Origin: Spirochaetales bacterium | GTDB lineage: Bacteria > Spirochaetota > Spirochaetia > DSM-27196 > SLST01 | Assembly (NCBI GenBank): GCA_030642995.1 | Contig: DAOWMR010000001.1 | Location: forward strand, 1-34,052 | DNA length: 34,052 nucleotides | Direction: 5' to 3' | Shown here: positions 1 through 6,886 of the stretch, one piece after another | Layout of the letters: each line of letters starts with the position of its first letter | How positions within the stretch are numbered: the stretch's first letter is position 1 | Translations under genes and position numbers: made by a program | The notes under the pieces: generated by a model | What the model was told of the DNA's origin: nothing | The model's database searches: none | Seen by the model: only the letters and a program-made list of their open reading frames with translations

Positions 1-95
1 ATCTCTGCAAGATTTGCGCCCTTGCCGCCGAGGAGAGCCTTCATCTCCTTGCTGCCTTCGGCCTTCCCTTCGCCGAAAAAATACACGTTCTTCAT
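1..95 (-). CDS. ppdK: pyruvate, phosphate dikinase; N-terminal 31 codons only, gene runs off the left edge
   Basis: Reverse-strand ATG at 95..93 is followed by MKNVYFFGEGKAEGSKEMKALLGGKGANLAE. This matches the conserved PPDK N-terminus (Y-x-F..EG...LLGGKGANLAEM). A GGGGGTGA Shine-Dalgarno-like run lies about 8 nt upstream of the ATG. Confidence 0.7.
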   Translation of the reverse strand, partial: MKNVYFFGEGKAEGSKEMKALLGGKGANLAE

Positions 96-200
96 GATTG
101 GAATCACCCCCAACGAAATGGTAGTTCGGTAGTCGACACTTGCGACAAGCTAAGACAAAAGGAGTGCGGATGTCAATGTTGCCGGCCCCGGTGTCGGGCC

Positions 201-1070
201 TCAGGCAACGTAGGGTTGAAGCCGGCTGATCCGATTCGGGTGCTGAAGTCGCTTCAACGCCTTTTTCTCGATCTGCCGGATACGCTCCTTGGTAAGATTG
301 TACCGGTTGCCAATCTCCTTCAGAGAGAGTGGGCTCCGTCCATTCAAGCCAAATCGGTATTGGACAATCTCACTCTCTTTGTCCGTAAGGGTAGAGAGCA
401 CGTCGTTGATGTCGCTCTTGAGCGCCTTCTCTATAGCCTGGGAATCGGGCGATGAATAGCCCTCATCTTCGACAAAGTCTCCGAGGCTGCTGGAATCCCT
501 CTCCGCGTAAACAGGAGTTTCAAGGGAGATGAGCTCTCGAGAAATGTTGATGAGATCCGCCACATGGTCCTGATCCATGTTCAGGGTCTGCGCAATCTTC
601 TTGATCTCCGCAACTTCGCCGCGAATCCCTTGAGTGTCCTTGCGAACCTTCTCGATCTGGACCAACTCATTCGCTCGATTCAGCGGCAATCGGATCATCC
701 GAGATTTCTCACAGATTGCCTTGAGGATTGCCTGGCGGATCCACCATACCGCGTATGAGATGAAGTGGTAGCCCTTGTCAACATCAAATCGTTCGATGGC
801 GTTCATCAGACCGATATTCCCTTCGCTGATGAGGTCGGACAGTGGGAGGCCCTGATTTTGATACTTCTTTGCCACGCTCACGACGAACCGGAGGTTGGCC
901 TGCACCAGTTTGTCTTTCGCAAACTTCTCCCCGGTCTCGGCTCGTCGGGCATAGTCGTTCTCCTCCTCTCGCGTGAGCAGCGGGATCCTGTTGATCTCTC
1001 GCAGATACATAGAGAGGACATTCTCATCGTCCCTGCTGGCCCGTGAATAGCTTCTTGCGTGTGCCGGCAT
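201..1070 (-). CDS. RNA polymerase sigma factor, sigma-70 family group 2 (RpoS-like), 289 aa from the ATG at 1070
   Basis: Region 2 reads RFVVSVAKKYQNQGLPLSDLISEGNIGLMNAIERFDVDKGYHFISYAVWWIRQAI. Region 4.2 reads LTKERIRQIEKKALKRLQHP. Region 1.1 and the RpoD spacer are absent. The ORF track starts at 1127, but the ATG at 1070 has a GGGGG SD and a sigma-54 promoter lies between the two ATGs, so I shortened the call. Confidence 0.9.
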   Translation of the reverse strand: MPAHARSYSRASRDDENVLSMYLREINRIPLLTREEENDYARRAETGEKFAKDKLVQANLRFVVSVAKKYQNQGLPLSDLISEGNIGLMNAIERFDVDKGYHFISYAVWWIRQAILKAICEKSRMIRLPLNRANELVQIEKVRKDTQGIRGEVAEIKKIAQTLNMDQDHVADLINISRELISLETPVYAERDSSSLGDFVEDEGYSSPDSQAIEKALKSDINDVLSTLTDKESEIVQYRFGLNGRSPLSLKEIGNRYNLTKERIRQIEKKALKRLQHPNRISRLQPYVA

Positions 1071-1092
1071 CCTGACCCCCATAGTCAGGTAT

Positions 1093-1108
1093 AGCAATCC
1101 CCATGCCA
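1093..1108 (-). promoter_or_regulatory. putative sigma-54 (-24/-12) promoter for the RpoS-like sigma gene
   Basis: The reverse strand reads TGGCATGGGGATTGCT, against the consensus TGGCACG-N4-TTGCW. The GG and GC doublets have the correct spacing and there is one mismatch. The motif ends 22 nt upstream of the ATG at 1070. Confidence 0.55.
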
Positions 1109-1242
1109 ACCAACGCCTTGTAGCCATCCTTTTAATTACTTTAGAGGTATAGACTTAGCCGATTTCCATTCGACCGGAATTCGATAAGAACCACAGATTG
1201 TGTCATTTGAACACAGTCTTGCTTAATCTCGACAATTCTGGG

Positions 1243-1962
1243 TCAGAATTTCCCAGATAGTATCTCATCAATGCCGGGCGTACGCCCGTGACAAGTGCGG
1301 TACGGCAGCCCGCTTCCGCATACGCATCGATCATTGGGCCCGATACGCGTTCCGTGGCAGAAATCAATCGCAACATCCTCGATCTTCAGCACCTCAGGAA
1401 CCGAGAGAAAGGGAAACACGATCACCGTGTCGCGAAAATGCGCAAGCCGTTGTGCATGGCTCATGTCGCTCAGGATTCCGCTCGAGCTGATCTGGTTCCA
1501 GTATTGGTCCATGAGTTCGATGATCATGTCGATCTCGGCCCGGGTGCCCAGTTTGTGAGATCTCTTTGATCGGATGTAGCGCGAAAGTTGGACTCCGTAG
1601 AAAGCCTGTTGATTGTCGCGCTCTTCGTTGACCTGCCTGGCCATTCCATACTCGTTCGTCACGCGCAGGAGTTTGCGTCGAACATTTCCTCGCTTGGACA
1701 GCCTCACCGATTCAACCCAACTGCCCACGGCTCTGTTTCGCATTCCAGCCTTTCTCAGGCTGACGGCAATGTAGTTATGAAGGGTGGCCAGCAGTTCACG
1801 GTGTGATCCCTCCCGTTCGGACATCTTCCGCCTGGGGGTAGGCCCGGGCCTGGCAGTAGATGCACTCAGAAGAGCACGCTCAAAGTAATGGAGCGCACGG
1901 AGCGGTTGATGGGTGTGAAGCGCACGATGACCGCGTCGGACATCGACCAGCCAGGACTGCAC
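1243..1962 (-). CDS. hypothetical protein with a C-terminal SEC-C zinc-binding motif
   Basis: The C-terminus CVCGSGLPYRTCHG fits the SEC-C motif CxCGSGxxYxxCHG. The N-terminal part is basic and helical (ALHYFERALL is TPR-like). The start at 1962 is GTG and is uncertain; an in-frame ATG (MSEREG) lies 46 codons downstream. Confidence 0.6.
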   Translation of the reverse strand: MQSWLVDVRRGHRALHTHQPLRALHYFERALLSASTARPGPTPRRKMSEREGSHRELLATLHNYIAVSLRKAGMRNRAVGSWVESVRLSKRGNVRRKLLRVTNEYGMARQVNEERDNQQAFYGVQLSRYIRSKRSHKLGTRAEIDMIIELMDQYWNQISSSGILSDMSHAQRLAHFRDTVIVFPFLSVPEVLKIEDVAIDFCHGTRIGPNDRCVCGSGLPYRTCHGRTPGIDEILSGKF

Positions 1963-2020
1963 AAGTTCCTCTCACGCCGAAACGTACTGCCGACCTGCGC
2001 CAGGCAAGGTGAGTTCAATC

Positions 2021-2049
2021 TTGACCGCGTTATGAGGCGTCTGTATATT
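2021..2049 (+). promoter_or_regulatory. putative sigma-70 promoter of groES
   Basis: TTGACC (2021..2026), a 17 nt spacer, then TATATT (2044..2049). It lies about 55 nt upstream of the groES ATG, which has an AGGAGGAAG SD. Confidence 0.5.
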
Positions 2050-2103
2050 ACCGAGAGTTTCGATTATCACGACACTGTTTAACACTCGTTTCAGGAGGAA
2101 GAG

Positions 2104-2370
2104 ATGAAAGTGATCCCCATCGGCGATCGGGTGCTGTTGAGCACCGAGGAAAGTGAAGAGAAGACAAAGGGTGGCCTTTATATCCCGCAGACAGCTCAGG
2201 AAAAGACCCAGACCGGAACTGTTAAGGCCGTAGGTGACGACAAGGATGCCATCAAGGTCAAGAAGGGTGACAAGGTGATGTACGACAAGTATGCCGGCAC
2301 CACAATCCAGATTGACGGCAAAGATCACCTGATCATCAGCATGGCTGACGTCATCGCGATCATCTCCTAG
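2104..2370 (+). CDS. groS: co-chaperonin GroES (10 kDa chaperonin)
   Basis: The 88 aa product MKVIPIGDRVLL...EKTKGGLYIPQTAQEKTQTGTVKAVG...GDKVMYDKYAGT is a typical Cpn10. A strong SD is present. Confidence 0.95.
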   Translation: MKVIPIGDRVLLSTEESEEKTKGGLYIPQTAQEKTQTGTVKAVGDDKDAIKVKKGDKVMYDKYAGTTIQIDGKDHLIISMADVIAIIS

Positions 2371-2376
2371 CGAGAC

Positions 2377-2399
2377 GCGACGACATCCGTCGTTGCTTT
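2377..2399 (+). terminator. putative intrinsic terminator after groES
   Basis: GCGACGAC-atcc-GTCGTTGC forms an 8 bp stem with one G.U pair, followed by TTT. It starts 7 nt after the groES stop. Confidence 0.4.
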
Positions 2400-2410
2400 G
2401 CCGACACCAG

Positions 2411-2465
2411 AGGGCTGTGATCTTGCTTCAGGCGGAAGACTCCGCCTGCGGCGAGTGACAGCCCT
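2411..2465. terminator. nested hairpin between convergent groES and dinG; possible bidirectional terminator
   Basis: The inner stem is perfect: CAGGCGGA (2429..2436), loop agac, TCCGCCTG (2441..2448). The outer stem pairs AGGGCTGT (2411..2418) with ACAGCCCT (2458..2465) and is followed by TTTC on the + strand. U-tracts are weak on both strands. Confidence 0.4.
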
Positions 2466-2467
2466 TT

Positions 2468-4894
2468 CTATTGGTAGAGGAATCGTTCGATGTCCTCCAG
2501 CACACCCCGTGCACTCTTGAAGCTCTCCCGGGTCTCAGGCAACGATCGCAGGAACAACACCCCGTAGGGCTTCGTCAGCACTCTGACATCGGTAATCACC
2601 ACCCCTCCCCTGTCGGTTGCCCTCCGAATCAGGCGACCAAAGCCCTGCCGCAATTTCATGACCGCTTCGGGCAACGCGAGGTCGGTGAATGCATTCCCGC
2701 CCTGCGCTTCAATCATCTCGGTTCGAGCGGTCAGCACAGGATCGGTTGGTACCCGGAACGGGAGCCGACACACAACAACGATCTGGAGCGCTTCCCCAGG
2801 GGCGTCCACGCCCTGCCAGAAGCTCTCGGTAGCGAACAGAACACTGGATGTATCGTCATTGAAACGTTCCAGGAGCCTGGCACGATCATCTTCACCCTGA
2901 CGGAGAGAGTTGATGCCCAGCTCAGCCAACCGGTCACGAGTGGACTCGTAGGTTGCTCGAAGCATCTCGTATGAGGTGAACAGAACGAGCGCGTGACCTT
3001 CGGTCAGTTCCAGAAGATCCCCGACGAAACGCGACAGGAACTCCTGGTACCCGGCGGTTGACGGCTCAGGAGCATCGGTGGGAACGGCGAGGAGAGCGTG
3101 CTCGGAAAAGGGAAACGGGGACGGAAGATTCACTAACTCGTAATCTCGGGCGGTCTCCAGAAGCCCGATGCGTGACGCCCAGAAATCGAATGTGTCTGCC
3201 ACCGTGAGAGTTGCGGAAGTGAACACAACGGTGTTAAAGGCATCGAAAACTGCCTCACGCATAATTTCACGGATATCAAGCGGTGTTGATATGAACCTGG
3301 CATATCTCTTGTTGTTCACGCCCCGCTTGAATTCAATCCAGAACACACGATCAGGGTCATCCTCAAACTCGAGGAAGCTCCGACACAGTCCTGCAAGCCG
3401 GTCAATTCTCCTCGTCACAACACGAAGATCGTGGTACGGACCACCCTCCTCGTCGCTCTCGTCCAGTTCAATGAGATCAGTGAGGGCCGAGGAGAGGCGA
3501 ACGATCCGTTTGTGAAGCTCGTCTATCGGGTCGAGGAGCGCAGCTCGGTATTTCGTTTCCATCCCCGGCGTCAGACGCAGCGTCAGGTCGTCGGACAGGG
3601 CGAGGACTGCGGAGTCGAGACCTCGAGCGGCAGATTCGGTCAGTTCCACGGCCTTGACGGCCTTGTTCACCGCGGCTGCGCCGGCTCCGCGCATGCGAAC
3701 CAACGGTAGGAGCCCGGCCCGTCTCCCACGTCGCTCACGCTGCAGCCGCCGGGTGTGTTTCCGAACGGAGAACAGCGAAAAACTGTCCGAGAACAAGCTC
3801 GTCGCACTGTTCTCAATGTTGTGTGCCTCGTCAAATATGAGTCGTTGAAACGGAGGGAGAATGGCGCGCGCATCAAACCCGATGCCTCGGATGCGAAGAG
3901 AGAGATCAATGAACAGGAGATGATGATTTACGACGAGGACCCGCGCACTTGCAGCCTCTCGACGTGCCTTGACGAAGAAACAGTTGTCTCTCAGGCGGCA
4001 ACTGAGTTCAGTGCATGAATCGGCATCGGAGTTGACGCGCGACCAGAGCTCTTCGGACAGGTGGAACGGCGCGTCACTTCGGCTGCCTGCTATCGCATTC
4101 CGCGACCATTCCTTCACGGCGACGAGTTCCTCTTCCGGCTCTTCAAACAGGGTCGCCTCATCGAGCGCTTCGCCCAGCCGCTTGAGGCACAGGTAGTTGC
4201 CTCGGCCCTTCACCAAAACGGCCGGCACATCCAATCCCAGCATCTTCTTGACGGCTGGGATGTCCTTCTCAATGAGTTGCTGTTGAAGGTTAATTGTCGC
4301 GGTGGAAATCACAACCCGTTCATCGTTTGTCGCCGCCCAGGCAAGAGCCGGGATGAGATAGGCGAAGCTCTTGCCCACGCCGGTGCCGGCCTCCACAGCA
4401 AGAAGAGAGGCTTGATCAAACGCACCGGCAACGTAACGGAGCATCTCCATCTGCGCAGCACGCGGTTCGAAGTCGGCAAAGACCTCCGAAAGCGCACCGC
4501 CGTCGTCAACGATACTCACGAGCCGATCAATATCGAGCGGTTCCAGCGTTTTCGGCTCCACTGGTTCGCACACGACGACAAGCTCAGTCACGTCATTGTT
4601 CACGATGTACGATCCTACACCAGCGTCCCCGAGCGCGGCCGCGCTGTGCACATCCGCACGGGATGGTCTGAGCATTCCGGTCGGATGATTGTGGACGACA
4701 ATCCGACCGCGCTGCAGAAGCTCAGCGGGCGCCGGCGCCATATCCGCTGTGCCGCTCGCCACGAGCTCGACATCTGTGATGATGAGATCGTCGTCGGTCC
4801 GACACGCGAACACGACCTCATCGCCGGCGGCCTGTGCGATGGAGGCTCGCATTTTCGCAATGGCGTCGGGAGAGATCCTTTGTTCCACGAGCAT
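2468..4894 (-). CDS. dinG: DinG/XPD-family (Rad3-like) Fe-S DNA helicase with an N-terminal RadC-like JAB/MPN domain
   Basis: Walker A is AGTGVGKSFAYL and the DEAH box is FDEAHNIE. The four-Cys cluster is C...C-x4-C-x5-C (NYLCLK..DSCTELSCRLRDNCFF), the same spacing as the E. coli DinG Fe-S cysteines. C-terminal helicase motifs are VLFTSY, FWQGVD and QGFGRLIRR. The N-terminal 115 aa carry a JAMM motif (E26, H68-N-H70, S78, D81). Confidence 0.85.
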   Translation of the reverse strand: MLVEQRISPDAIAKMRASIAQAAGDEVVFACRTDDDLIITDVELVASGTADMAPAPAELLQRGRIVVHNHPTGMLRPSRADVHSAAALGDAGVGSYIVNNDVTELVVVCEPVEPKTLEPLDIDRLVSIVDDGGALSEVFADFEPRAAQMEMLRYVAGAFDQASLLAVEAGTGVGKSFAYLIPALAWAATNDERVVISTATINLQQQLIEKDIPAVKKMLGLDVPAVLVKGRGNYLCLKRLGEALDEATLFEEPEEELVAVKEWSRNAIAGSRSDAPFHLSEELWSRVNSDADSCTELSCRLRDNCFFVKARREAASARVLVVNHHLLFIDLSLRIRGIGFDARAILPPFQRLIFDEAHNIENSATSLFSDSFSLFSVRKHTRRLQRERRGRRAGLLPLVRMRGAGAAAVNKAVKAVELTESAARGLDSAVLALSDDLTLRLTPGMETKYRAALLDPIDELHKRIVRLSSALTDLIELDESDEEGGPYHDLRVVTRRIDRLAGLCRSFLEFEDDPDRVFWIEFKRGVNNKRYARFISTPLDIREIMREAVFDAFNTVVFTSATLTVADTFDFWASRIGLLETARDYELVNLPSPFPFSEHALLAVPTDAPEPSTAGYQEFLSRFVGDLLELTEGHALVLFTSYEMLRATYESTRDRLAELGINSLRQGEDDRARLLERFNDDTSSVLFATESFWQGVDAPGEALQIVVVCRLPFRVPTDPVLTARTEMIEAQGGNAFTDLALPEAVMKLRQGFGRLIRRATDRGGVVITDVRVLTKPYGVLFLRSLPETRESFKSARGVLEDIERFLYQ

Positions 4895-4898
4895 GCAG

Positions 4899-5717
4899 TC
4901 AGGAACCGAGTCGTTTGAGAAGACCGGAGAGCAAAGTCGTCATACGGCCCTGAATGGAACTCCCGACCTCAACCACCTCGCTGTGATCCAAGGGTTTCCC
5001 CGACAAGCCTGCGGCCAGATTCGTCACCGTGGAGATACCGAGTACCTCCACGCCGTACGACCGAGCGACAATTACCTCCGGCACGGTGGACATTCCCACG
5101 AGATCTCCGCCGACGGCGCCGAGCATCCGGATTTCGGCCGGTGTTTCGTACGTTGGCCCGGTGAACGCCACGTAGACGCCTTCCTTCAACTGTGCGTCAA
5201 GGTCGAGCGCTGTGCGCCGGAGCGTCGCTGAGTAGGCCTCGGTCATGTCGGGAAACCGCGCAACGCTTTCGGGATCCTTCGGCCCAATGAGCGGATTGGT
5301 ACCCATGAGATTGATATGATCCCTGATGAGCACCAGATCACCCGGTTGGTAGTCGGGGTTGATCCCACCGGCCGCGTTGGTGACAATCAGAGCCCGGATG
5401 CCGAGAGCACAGAGCGTGGCAACCGGGAGGACCACATCGTCAATCGGCTTGCCCTCGTAAAAGTGAAATCTCCCTGCCATGACCGCAACGTCGGGGGTGA
5501 CGTACAATGCGCCTCGATGACCGATCACCGACGTGACCCCGAAACCCTCTATCTCGCCGTAGGGAATCGCAAGCCGGCCGGTCTCCGCCGGAAGCAGTTG
5601 GTCCACCAGATCTGACAGGCCGGAACCCAGTATCAGTCCAACCCTCGGAGTACTTGCGCCGTGATTGCGGGCAGAGGCTACGGCAGCCTGAACCCGCTCC
5701 TGGAAATCGCGTTGCAT
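4899..5717 (-). CDS. punA: purine nucleoside phosphorylase (trimeric PNP family, PunA type)
   Basis: Matching motifs are VGLILGSGLSDL, GHRGALY, MAGRFHFYEG, TNAAGGINP and VGMSTVPE. A GAGGAGA SD lies 5 nt before the ATG. The stop is only 4 nt before the dinG ATG. Confidence 0.9.
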   Translation of the reverse strand: MQRDFQERVQAAVASARNHGASTPRVGLILGSGLSDLVDQLLPAETGRLAIPYGEIEGFGVTSVIGHRGALYVTPDVAVMAGRFHFYEGKPIDDVVLPVATLCALGIRALIVTNAAGGINPDYQPGDLVLIRDHINLMGTNPLIGPKDPESVARFPDMTEAYSATLRRTALDLDAQLKEGVYVAFTGPTYETPAEIRMLGAVGGDLVGMSTVPEVIVARSYGVEVLGISTVTNLAAGLSGKPLDHSEVVEVGSSIQGRMTTLLSGLLKRLGS

Positions 5718-5737
5718 ATCTGTCTCCTCGAATCAGC

Positions 5738-5766
5738 ATGGTAGTTGGATTCTCGGCCGGCGGCAA
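5738..5766 (-). promoter_or_regulatory. possible sigma-70 promoter for punA-dinG
   Basis: The reverse strand reads TTGCCG (5766..5761), a 17 nt spacer, then TACCAT (5743..5738). The match is weak to moderate. Confidence 0.3.
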
Positions 5767-5775
5767 GCTGAATTG

Positions 5776-5804
5776 TTGACAGCAGGTGCAGCCGTAGGTA
5801 CTGT
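5776..5804 (+). promoter_or_regulatory. putative sigma-70 promoter for asd-lysC
   Basis: TTGACA (5776..5781), a 17 nt spacer, then TACTGT (5799..5804). It lies about 25 nt upstream of the asd ATG and back-to-back with the punA promoter candidate. Confidence 0.45.
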
Positions 5805-5828
5805 ACCGAAAGCTTTGCGAGGAAGACC

Positions 5829-6866
5829 ATGAAGAAGATCCAAATTGGAGTTCTCGGCGCCACCGGCATCGTTGGGCAGAAATTCATACGCCTGCTCGAA
5901 GATCACCCGCTCTTCTCGGTGTCCGAGCTGGTAGCCTCCGAGAGGTCGGCAGGGAAGAAGTACGCCGAGGCAGTCGCGTGGAAGCAGGAGACGCCGATCC
6001 CGACCGATGTTGCCCGGATGATCGTGAAACCGCTCTCGGCCGAACTCAGCAGTTCGCTCCTCTTCAGCGGTCTGGACTCATCGGTCGCCGGCGACGCGGA
6101 GGCCGCCTATGCGGCGGCCGGACACACGGTGCTGTCGAACTCATCGAATCACCGAATGGACTCCGATGTTCCGCTCATTATCCCCGAAATCAACCCGGAC
6201 CACTTTGAGCTCGTGAAGCATCAACAGGGCCCCGGCGCAATCATCACTAACTCCAACTGCTCAACGATGTTCCTCGCCATGGTACTCGCCCCATTGGACC
6301 GGCGTTTCGGCGTGGAGGCCGTGCAGGTGACGACGATGCAGGCGATTTCCGGGGCCGGGTACCCGGGTGTCGCGAGCATGGACATCCTGGGCAACGTTAT
6401 TCCCTATATCCGGAACGAAGAAGAAAAGATGGAGGAGGAGGTCGCGAAAATCCTGGGCAAACTGGATGACGACCACGTGGAAGCTCACCCGATGACCATC
6501 AGCGCACAGTGCAATCGGGTGCCGGTGCTTGATGGGCACATGCAGGCCCTGTCGGTCAAGTTTGCTGAGAGTGCAACCGTCGACGAGGTCAAATTGACTC
6601 TGCTGGCGTTCGAAGGTCTGCCGCAGGAGAGAGCCCTCCCGACGGCCCCACAGCGACCGATAATCGTGATGGAGCAACCGGACCGGCCGCAGCCGGCACG
6701 AGATGTTTGGCTGGAGAACGGCATGTCGGCTGTTGTCGGCAGGATCCGACCGTGCAATATCCTGGACTTCAAGATGATTGTACTGGGCCATAACACGGTA
6801 CGGGGAGCCGCCGGCGCCGCGATCCTCAATGCGGAAACCTACCACGCCCTCGGCTATCTGTCGTAA
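5829..6866 (+). CDS. asd: aspartate-semialdehyde dehydrogenase
   Basis: The N-terminal NAD-binding motif is GVLGATGIVGQ and the active-site motif is SNCSTM. The 345 aa length fits, and a GAGGAAG SD is present. Confidence 0.9.
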   Translation: MKKIQIGVLGATGIVGQKFIRLLEDHPLFSVSELVASERSAGKKYAEAVAWKQETPIPTDVARMIVKPLSAELSSSLLFSGLDSSVAGDAEAAYAAAGHTVLSNSSNHRMDSDVPLIIPEINPDHFELVKHQQGPGAIITNSNCSTMFLAMVLAPLDRRFGVEAVQVTTMQAISGAGYPGVASMDILGNVIPYIRNEEEKMEEEVAKILGKLDDDHVEAHPMTISAQCNRVPVLDGHMQALSVKFAESATVDEVKLTLLAFEGLPQERALPTAPQRPIIVMEQPDRPQPARDVWLENGMSAVVGRIRPCNILDFKMIVLGHNTVRGAAGAAILNAETYHALGYLS

Positions 6867-6886
6867 TCGGTGGGAACCGAGGCCGA

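Noticed and set aside
181-200. The GC hairpin GGCCC-n7-GGGCC after the sigma gene stop could be a terminator.
   Set aside because: The stem is only 5-6 bp and no U-tract follows on the minus strand, so it is too weak to call.
170-229. A 19-codon sORF (MSMLPAPVSGLRQRRVEAG) on the + strand with an AGGAG 5 nt upstream, antisense to the 3' end of the sigma gene.
   Set aside because: It is too short to evaluate without conservation or ribosome-profiling data. The SD-like run may be coincidental, so I did not call it.
4061-4918. A 285 aa + strand ORF lies inside dinG.
   Set aside because: It is antisense to the helicase/JAB coding region and has no motifs, so it is spurious.
5718-5828. I looked for a lysine, SAM or other riboswitch or leader upstream of asd-lysC.
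   Set aside because: The predicted 5' UTR is only about 20 nt, which is too short for a riboswitch aptamer.
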